8,451 bases of DNA. Source: Ascoidea asiatica JCM 7603 (taxonomy: Eukaryota; Fungi; Ascomycota). Below, piece after piece: positions 1-7,699 of the stretch. The translations under genes were made by a program, and so were the position numbers. Within the stretch, counting starts at the first letter, position 1. Each line of letters opens with the position of its first letter. Under the pieces are notes generated by a model. It worked only from the letters and a program-made list of their open reading frames with translations, did not search any database and was not told where the DNA came from. The stretch spans positions 44,441-52,891 of the forward strand of contig BCKQ01000003.1 of assembly GCA_001600695.1 (NCBI GenBank), given 5' to 3'.

Positions 1-1334
1 AGATTATGAACCAAAAATAAAGAGGTCAATTCCAAGTTACTTTTTGGGACGTAGCTTCTGAAGGAATAACGAACTTTACATTCTCGTTAATTGCAAATTT
101 GTTCAAATATTTAAATGCAAGTTGAATCTCGGATTCTTTAATTCTGGTCCTAAAAATTTTCAGTTTAAATTTACAACTAATATTATTTATTATATCCTCA
201 GTAGAATGAAGTGTAATGTAATTTATTATCGAATGTGCAAAGGAAAGTAAAACATTAACTCACGGTGTGGGTTTTATTACACACGTTGTCAACTTCTTTG
301 GGTGACTAGTGCTACCTATGGAGGTTTTGTACTACTTTATCAAACTGTTACCACTTTTGTTCGAGTAAAAACTTATGATATTAGTTACAAATTTGAAAAA
401 TGATTCTTTTATCGTAATATTCACTTTTTTCAACAGTAGTACTAATTTCTTCTATTGATATATCTGGATCATCTGTACTTACAGAATCTCTAACTAGCAA
501 TGACTTAATTTCTGTTGCTTGTTTCCAATGCATTTAATCTTACGGAACCTCAATTTGATTCAGGGCACTAGTATTGACTATCTTATCATTTTCAATTTTT
601 ATTTTGGAAATTCTAGGATCCGAAATAGGTAATTCTACTTCATAAGTAACTTCACTAACTAATACAGTGTCCGGTTATTTAACTCTTGGACTTGATGCAG
701 AAAATAGCTTACTATCTTAAAATATGGAGTCCAATGTTAAAGTTAGATCATTAGTTGAAAAGTCAATCTACTTTAAATCATTAAGGCTAATATGAAATAA
801 CAAATGAGGGTTATTAAGAATAGGCTCATTATATCTATTATTATGTTTCTTTTTATGTTCAGGATATTGAAGTATCTCTTCGGAAATGGAGTAGATTTAA
901 AACCTAGTTTTTAGCATAAGATGTTTCAATATTTGTATATTTTTTATTGGCCATTTTATTCCAATCAGTTTTGTTGTCTGATAATATTTCTTTCCTTCCA
1001 TTCTATTGACTTCAAATATTTTTAGAGTGTGAATTGTCCACGATTATTAGTTCGTTTAATGATTCAAATACACTATTCTTGTTTTCAGTTTTGTCACTTA
1101 TATCTGGTGAATCAACGTTGTCTGACTGACATGAGTTATCTTCAGGTTTTTTACTGTTCATTATATTTTTTGATTTATTGATATTACCAGGTATCCTGTA
1201 TCGTGATTCTGAACATATGGATTTTACTTGTAATATTTGCTATGATTTAGTTCCTTATAATTATCTTTAGGGAACATTAATTCTTTAATATATTTGTCAT
1301 GGTTTCCGACATTCTTAGTATTGCTAAAGCCTCG

Positions 1335-1355
1335 ATTATGATTATTATTATTATT
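1335..1355 (-). repeat. Short (AAT)n microsatellite encoding NNNNNHN in the IN-RT linker
   Basis: attatgattattattattatt on the plus strand. Confidence 0.7.
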
Positions 1356-1499
1356 TTTATCAAGGTCTATTAATGGTGTTTCCCAGAGTTCATTATTCGG
1401 ATCATTTTAGTAAACCGGTGTCTTATGTATATCAATAACCTGGTCTAGAATAACCTTTTCCCTTAGCTTACCAAAGTTCAAAGTATTACTAGACGTTAC

Positions 1500-2329
1500 G
1501 ACTGTATAATTGATTTATCACTTATTATCCACACTTCATTGCTGTTTCATTTCCTAACTCAACAAGTATACCTGCGGCTTGTGGAATTGTTTTTCTTGAT
1601 AAATTTAACAAGTGATTTTTTTGTTTTGCTATTTTTGCTCAGCAATCAGACCCAAATTTCTTCCACTTGGGTAGTTCAATTGTCTTCTATAAATCGTGCC
1701 ATATGGAGTGGTGGAGTTATTATTCGACGAATTGATAATAGTTTAGAGATTGTGTCCGTATATAATACCTTGATCTAATATTATTATGCTTTGACTGTAT
1801 CTGATGGAAGTATTGAGTTCAGAGCAATTGTTTTTAATGATCTATTATATCTTTCTGCCATTGCAAGCATCCTCAGACTATAAAGTAGAGTTGCTTCTAT
1901 TTTGGTCGACTTGAATTTCAATAAATTGTATTAGTTTATTACTTATAAATCAAGTCCCTTGTCAGTTCTAAAATATAATAGTTTTTGATCAGTTACGTTT
2001 CCCAAATGCATTAGAAACCGGAAATTTAATTGGTAGCGGAATAAATAACTTTTCTTTCTATTCAATGGTCTGTGCCCAAATTTATTAAAGTCTTGAATTG
2101 AAGTAACGAACAATTTCTTCTCGTATCCCGAAATCGATTTGGTCCTGCAAACTTTAAATGCTCTCGTTGTAATATTCCAGGTCTTTTATTTCTATTGTTA
2201 ACATTGAAAGCAGCTCCAGTTTTTATTATTTGGCGCCGTACACATCCCGGAATAGCAATATATTTTTTTCTCTCAGGACTAGCAATGTTAAACAATTTAT
2301 TCGCACTCATTACCTAGAGAACTGTTTAG
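1500..2329 (-). pseudogene. pol: pol fragment: integrase relic (zinc-binding remnant plus rve core) of the left element
   Basis: LNSSLG-MSANKL resembles HxxLGHMS. LQREHLKFAGP resembles LELIHxDxxGP (first Asp now Lys, 2154-2152). After a frameshift: KLFVTSIQDFNKF...GNVTDQKLLYFRTDKGLDL...YSLRMLAMAERYNRSLKTIA. D (1963) and E (1855) are 108 nt apart, i.e. exactly 35 intervening codons, two of which are now TAA. The lower boundary is approximate. Confidence 0.93.
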
Positions 2330-3021
2330 TTACAATAGACTTGGCATAAAAGTACGTCTCCACCGTGAATAATTCTATTATTAGTATTTGACGAGAAACA
2401 ATCAGAATCAATATTTGGTTTTAAATTTCCTATATCTAAATTATTATTCTTTGTAGTGTTGATTTCCGAAACCTTGTTTCCATTTTTATCACTTTTTGTA
2501 TTAGGACGTTTTGCAATATTATAAACCTTATAAATATTCAGAATTTTTGCCGTATTGATTTTAATCTTTTTGTATCTGTTTATCTTTTTGATATACAATC
2601 CAAGACAGTTTGAATTATCCTGAAATAATATTTTGGATTTTGCGAAAAAAATATTATGAATTCCTTTCACAGCTATGTTCGATCTTTTAAGTAGTGAATT
2701 ATTATTATCCAATGTCTTATTCAAATTAATGATATAAGAGCTTAAATTATTTGAGACTTTCTCTAAAATTAGTATTGTAAAATCTTTAAAAGAAATACTA
2801 TTAATTCTTATGTTTGGACAATAATATAGTTTCTTAATTTCTAAGCAAACCTCGGCGGACCTTGAATATATGCCAGCAGTACAGTCTGCAATATCATGTT
2901 TTGATTTTCTGTCACTTGTCCACAAAAAACTTATGATTTTCTTAAAACTGAACAAAAAATTACGATTATGTACTACTGAAATATTTGCTTCTGAATCAAG
3001 TACAAAATTGGTGTTTATAGG
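2326..3021 (-). pseudogene. pol: pol fragment: aspartic protease relic plus long Asn/Lys-rich spacer (left element)
   Basis: ORF 2326..2955 extends in frame up to 3021 and there reads NFVLDSEANISVVHNRNFLFSF (copia consensus W/FxLDSGA; G changed to E). It is followed by LYYCPNIRINSISF, matching copia VLYVPxLxxNLIS. Confidence 0.88.
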
Positions 3022-3024
3022 TTA

Positions 3025-4210
3025 TGTTTCCATTGTTAGATTTTCATTAAAATATTTTAAATTTATATCTGGTGGGATTGAATTCATTTTCATCAATTTA
3101 AACTCTTGAACTTGAAATTAGGATAATTTGTCCTGATGTTTTAGTGTATTTTGAAAGTATATTGAGGTTCTAAAAAAATAAAGATCTGGATAATATTCTA
3201 AAAAGCCATTGTTTATAAATCATAACCTATACATTCCTCTGTTAAATATTGCTGCTCGCTTGATTTAATTCTATCAGGTGCGCTCATGATTAGATTCTCA
3301 AGAATTATTGTATCACTCAACACTTTGGTTATATGATTGGTTGTAGTGTTGTTGATTTCACAATGACACCCATAATATTGATATTCACATGGAATTCGTT
3401 TTGGGATGTCCTAACTTTTCATAATCAGTATCTGAATTTGAGACTGCATCATTAATCTTGTTCGTTATGTAATTGAGTTTTGGAGAGTTTGTGTTTCAGT
3501 GGTAGGATCATATATATATTTTGGATTTGATCTGTTTGGGCAATTTGAATTGGAGTTTTTAATTGATTTACCACCTACAGTATTTTGTTTAAATAACCCT
3601 GGTAAAACCCTCCTTTTGACGTGATTTTGCTTCTTTTTGGTTTCAAGTCCTTTCCATGCCCGGCTCAATTTCAGTAGGTCGTGCTTATTGAGTTCCGTCC
3701 AGATCGCAAACCTTTGTTTTCTGTCTTTTCTTTCGTTCAGCTTCACTGAAAAATCCTTTTCTCTCTACACTTTTTTTCTTTAGTTTAATAAAAGAAACCA
3801 GTTCAGATTAACAGGTTAAAAGCCATATATAATATCAACTCCCTCCTTAAATTAAATTGGAACTTACCAGAATTCGAATTAATAAGATAGGTTTAATTAA
3901 TTTTGGTGAAGTTCACCTGAAAAGAAGAAGGCTTTCAGCAAAATAACTTATTCAAAAGGAACAAACGTTTTGGAATTCCGATAAAATTGTTTATGCTTAC
4001 ATAATTACTCAATCAGTTTGATCTAATATTGGTTCCAATTTACAGACTGGTAATTTTGTTGTTCCTTTAATTGTCTGTCAATCTTAATAAAATTGGTCTT
4101 GTGTGTTCTGCAACCTTTCCCTTTCGCGAGTTTGGTAAGTTGGTATTTTAAAGTGGTAGCTGACTCGGGTGCAAAGGACGAATTGATAGTAGTGAAGGAT
4201 AGAATTGTTT
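3025..4210 (-). pseudogene. gag: gag-like relic of the left copia element
   Basis: Positional: lies directly upstream of the protease motif. Contains broken reading frames including ORF 3465..3746 (basic, then N/S/T-rich) and a Cys/His cluster CEYQYYGCHCEINNTTTNH (3389-3333) where a zinc knuckle is expected. No diagnostic gag motif is intact. Confidence 0.55.
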
Positions 4211-4254
4211 ATTTATCGCTATACTTATCTAATTGTTATGCTTAATGTTCTGTT

Positions 4255-4495
4255 TATGAACAAATATTTTAATGATACTAATTAATAAAAAATAAAACTT
4301 ACTTTGAGAATTATTTCTATTTCAAAGGTAAAAAAAAAAAAATGTTTTTTGTGAAAATGTTTTCACTATATAGAAAACCAAATTTTTTTTTTGTTAAATT
4401 TCAATTTCAATTCTAATTCAAATTTATTAATTTGTATTTCAAAAGAAGTTGGGTGCTACTGTTTTTTGTTGTTTGTTTCGTTTTTATCTTAGGAC
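4255..4495. other. Extremely AT-rich low-complexity spacer between the divergent copia relics
   Basis: A13 (4330-4342), T10 (4383-4392), inverted repeat GTGAAAA-tg-TTTTCAC (4351-4366), palindrome CTATATAG (4366-4373), imperfect AATTTC repeats (~4396-4425), GTTT-rich tract (4460-4486). Confidence 0.8.
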
Positions 4496-4603
4496 TGTTT
4501 ATTTCAACCTAAGGCATTTAATATTATTAATTATAGCTTTCACTGACGTTTTCAAACTGGATCAACATATTCAAGTTCAACAAATAAATTTTCACTTTTC
4601 AAA

Positions 4604-5989
4604 ATGGTTGATGACAATTTTAATTTTTCAACTTCTTTTACAATTCAGGCATATTCTCCTGACATGGCTCCTCTTGATAATTGTATGATTGATAGTCTTT
4701 CTCAACTATTAATTAACAATTTGAACGTGTTACTAACACAATAATGGTAATAAAAAATTTTCAATGTTCAGCAACAATTGTAAGAAGAGTTAGTTCAAAG
4801 TTATACACTAAACTTCTTATGTCAACAGTAAAAGAAACAGATTCTGGAAGACCTGCAGGAATTATTCAATTGTTTGAAAATCAAAAACCTTCTTCTAAAG
4901 CGAAAGCTTGCATTACAAATTGGTTTGGTTTAATTGGTGCTATATAGGTCTTTCAAAAGTCAAGAGTCCTTGGTGGTGGGTATACATTAAGTGAATCTCT
5001 TATCTTGGAGTTTTTTCTTCAAGATTTACAAGTTAATAATTTACTTATTGGTGATCTTGTTTTTTCTTCAACTCTTTTTAAATTAGTAATTATACTTTGA
5101 AACATTAGTAATTCTGATCAACCAGTTGCTTTATTGCATTTTAAAAAATATTCCCCTATTAACTTAAAGGATGATTACTTTTAGGATTTATTAATTTCCG
5201 AAAACTCTCATTATGAGAAACTACATTTTAGTCGCGTGTTACATCTGATAGTAAAGCAGTATGGAAAGATGGTGCTATTCAATTGTAAACAAATTTATGT
5301 TTGTTAACCTTTTAGTCATTACATAAGTGTTATTCACACTACCCAACATATAGGATTGAGATGATACGTAGTGTTATGAAGGATAAAAAACCTTTTACCT
5401 GCGATAAATGTATCTCATGGTTGGCAACTCATAATAAAAAGTCCGATTCTCCTATTGTTGAGGCTTCTCCATTGGCAAATTCTGTTCTTTCTCAACCCTC
5501 TTGAATAATAATTTTACTACCTATACTAATCAAAATAATAATAGTAACTCTAATAATATTAATTCAACTGCTGTTATTAATTTTTCTTCAAACAGTAATA
5601 ATCTCTTATTCTTTTCAACTTCTGTCCCTCCATCTGCTTTATCAAAAACTGTTTCTGTTGGTAGAGCTTCTACAGGACAACGATTCCAAGGTTCCTTTAA
5701 AATAATTGATACAAAACTATTACCTAATGGTATAGTAGACTATAGTCATAGACCTTCAATCGGATATAAAGCTAATGAGAAATTTCCTTTCTGGAATCAT
5801 TGTGGTTTACTTCATGCAACTAAAGCCCACTTCTTTTCGTCTTATAATCCTTCAAATTATACCAGTTACTATGAGAAGACAAACAATAAACTTGTGAACA
5901 TTCGCAAAAGATTCTTACCTGAAGGTCATCTACATTTATTTTCTGGGACTTCAAATTTGGGGGAAACTCTGGTGTGTGAAAACTGTTGA
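4604..5989 (+). pseudogene. gag: gag-like relic of the right copia element
   Basis: Candidate start AAAATGG at 4604, then a chain of broken frames (including ORFs 4744..4947 and 5501..5989) running up to the protease motif. An Asn/Ser-rich tract is followed by WNHCGLLHATKAH (5792-5830) at the expected zinc-knuckle position. The assignment is mainly positional. Confidence 0.6.
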
Positions 5990-6260
5990 ACCTAAACATC
6001 GTGTTGCAAGTTCAATCTTTATCTTCAATGCTGGTGCAACCATAAGGACAACCAATGATAAAAGATTACTTCATGATTACAAAATACGTCCCAACTCCCA
6101 ATAAGTTAGTACATGGAGGATATATAAGGAGTGAAGGTTATGGATATCTTAAATAGAAAGAATTTTCTTTGACGTATTTTTCTATGAATAACCCTGATGC
6201 TAATAACTTGTCAAGTGTTAATCAACTTACAAACAGTGGTCATTAAGTTATATTTAGAGC
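5990..6260 (+). pseudogene. pol: pol fragment: aspartic protease relic (right element)
   Basis: SIFIFNAGATIRTTNDKRLLHDY matches copia WIxDSGATxHMTxD; the catalytic Asp is now Asn (AAT 6027-6029). It is followed by IRSEGYGYL and NPDANNLSSVNQLTNSGH*VIF. Confidence 0.88.
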
Positions 6261-6474
6261 CGATTGTCCATTTATCATTGATCCAAATTCTCAAGAAGGT
6301 GAATCCTTTCATCATGTGATCAATAATTCTCATTCTATAAATATATCAACTAGTTCAACTATTTCATTCATGCCTAATGCTGTCACTTCTCTCCCAAATT
6401 TTCCTGATTTACTTTCTTCAAGTCTTCCATGACTCAGGACGTTACCTAAGTATTTACCATCCATGTTAGATATT

Positions 6475-7067
6475 CAACGACATCAAAAATTTGGACATGC
6501 TTCTGTTAGAAGACTAGGACAGTTAGGAGTTTAAATTAAGTCTGACCCTGCAAACTTATCAAGAAATGTCAAGTTTGCAAGGTAATTAAATTGAAGAGGA
6601 GATCCAATAGGAAGACTATCATCACGCAGTCAATGAAACTTTTTGAACAACTACATATGGATACATTTGGCCGCAAATCAAGAAAATACATGCTTGTATT
6701 GTAGCCCATCTCTCAAAACGATATTATTGATGCTAATTTTACCTGGTCATTTATTCATGGTACCAGAATATATATTGGTTTCGCTCATGCTTCAACATCT
6801 GAAAGTGCATATGAGATAGAGCATAGTCCTACCTTAAGGTTATCACACTTACCCATGTTCCTTGAGGTTAGCTCACTCCTTGATGTAATTACTAGATCAA
6901 ACGTTTCTGCATATCTTATTCTTTTAGATGTGGTCTCGAACTTATATTCTTTTATGTTAGTTCCAAATAACAAGATTATTACTGGCCACCGATTAGATGT
7001 AAGTGCTTTAGGTACCTGTTACTACCATCATCCCCATAATGTTTTTGGATGGCTACTTCTCACTTAG
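6475..7067 (+). pseudogene. pol: pol fragment: integrase relic with HHCC motif and deleted catalytic core (right element)
   Basis: HQKFGHAS...CQVCKVIK...LFEQLHMDTFG (Asp 6660-6662)...IIDANFTWSF...LSHLPMFL...TGHRLDVSALGTCYYH. I found no RSDNG-like or NGxAER-like motif in this interval. Confidence 0.88.
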
Positions 7068-7149
7068 GTCTGTATAATCTAAATTTTTTTAGGTTCAATT
7101 ACTGTAGAAAGTCCCAGTACAATGTCTTCTGTACCTACCCGCTTCTCCG

Positions 7150-7690
7150 GACGCCATCCTTCCAAGCGCTATTAATTATGATCAAGCCTTTAATCAACCA
7201 GTTTGGAATACAGCCATTACGAAAGAAGTTAATCAATTGGTTCAACAAAAGGCATTTACACCTTTTAATATTTCAGTTTCCACTAATGCTAAACTTATTA
7301 TTTCATTCTGGAGTTTCAATTGGAAATCAATTCCCAATTATTCTACTTATCTAACTCAAGATTTCTTTTTGTCGATCGCACTCGTGCAAAGTTCTTGCCT
7401 ACTTTAAGTCGAGTAGTGAAGAAAGTTAATGTTATGCATTCGTTAATTAAATCATTATATTCAAAATACAAAATATATAGTTTTGAGATTAACGGCGCTT
7501 TTCTTAATACTCCTGTTCCAACCTCTGGGTTATTGTTGATGAAAACCCCCAAATCCTTCAGTCATATTTTCCACTTCAAGATAATTATAGGTTCTTAAGC
7601 AAGGATATGGTCTTAGTAACTAAAGTATGAAAAATCATACTTTTTTTGCAAATCGTTAGTGAAAGTTCGATTTCTTCGATGACCCATACT
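7150..7690 (+). pseudogene. pol: pol fragment: N-terminal part of copia reverse transcriptase, truncated before YVDD
   Basis: PSFQAL, WNTAITKEVNQL (cf. Ty1 AYHKEVNQL and copia WxxAMxxE), NSRFLF, YKIYSFEINGAFLNTP (cf. DVxxAFLN), LLMKTPKSF (cf. YMxQPxGF), LKQGYGL (cf. LKKSLYGL). Confidence 0.9.
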
Positions 7691-7699
7691 CGACACCTC

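Larger units (their letters stand above)
1..4210 (-). mobile_element. Degenerate Ty1/copia LTR retrotransposon internal region (gag-PR-IN-linker, RT expected beyond the left edge)
   Basis: Manual minus-strand translation gives copia motifs in copia order: FVLDSEANISV (3006-2974), LEIKKLYYCPNIRINSISF (2844-2788), LNSSLG/MSANKL (2329-2293), PGC, LQREHLKFAGP, FVTSIQDFNKF, LYFRTDKG (D 1963-1961), AERYNRSLK (E 1855-1853), TPYGTIY (1709-1689). Integrase follows protease with no RT in between, which is the Ty1/copia order. Many stops and frameshifts. The 5' boundary is approximate. Confidence 0.92.
4604..7690 (+). mobile_element. Degenerate, internally deleted Ty1/copia LTR retrotransposon internal region (gag-PR-IN-partial RT)
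   Basis: Plus-strand motifs in copia order: FIFNAGATIRTTND (6018-6059), NLSSVNQLTNSG (6205-6240), HQKFGH (6481-6498), CQVC (6567-6578), LFEQLHMDTFG (6639-6671), WNTAITKEVNQL (7204-7239), FEINGAFLN (7482-7508), VLKQGYGL (7591-7614). Multiple stops and frameshifts. Confidence 0.94.

Noticed and set aside
495-530. HWKQATEIKSLL as the pre-RT WxxAMxxE motif of the left element
   Set aside because: No RT motifs follow within the next ~350 nt, and a better-placed candidate lies at ~135-1; left unresolved.
1539-1778. Plus-strand 79-aa hydrophobic ORF
   Set aside because: Antisense shadow of the A-rich integrase tail (TPYGTIY on minus); no independent evidence.
2270-2370. Alternative-frame reading HGG...ECE*IV*HC*S resembling a Ty3/gypsy integrase zinc finger
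   Set aside because: Needs several stops, while domain order (PR directly before IN) and the LG-MSANKL and RTDKG motifs fit copia better.
2870-3109. Plus-strand 79-aa ORF
   Set aside because: Antisense to the protease motif of the left element.
3765-4000. Intron-like signals on minus (GTAAGC 4000 to TTTTCAG 3917; GTAAGT 3867)
   Set aside because: They lie within sequence that reads as decayed gag, splicing does not obviously restore an ORF, and the donor motif is common in this window.
4551-4570. CA-aac-TGGATCAAC as LTR end plus tRNA-iMet PBS (TGGTATCAGAGC)
   Set aside because: Position is right, but the match needs an indel and mismatches; too weak to call.
4449-4688. 79-aa hydrophobic ORF resembling a small membrane protein
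   Set aside because: TTG start, T-rich low-complexity origin, and overlaps the likely gag start in another frame.
5940-6030. Programmed gag-pol frameshift
   Set aside because: The frame does change here, but no Ty1 CTTAGGC heptamer is present and random indels are everywhere (G5 run at 5959-5963).
6785-7552. Minus-strand ORFs 6785..6973 and 7343..7552
   Set aside because: Antisense shadows of the integrase and RT relics.
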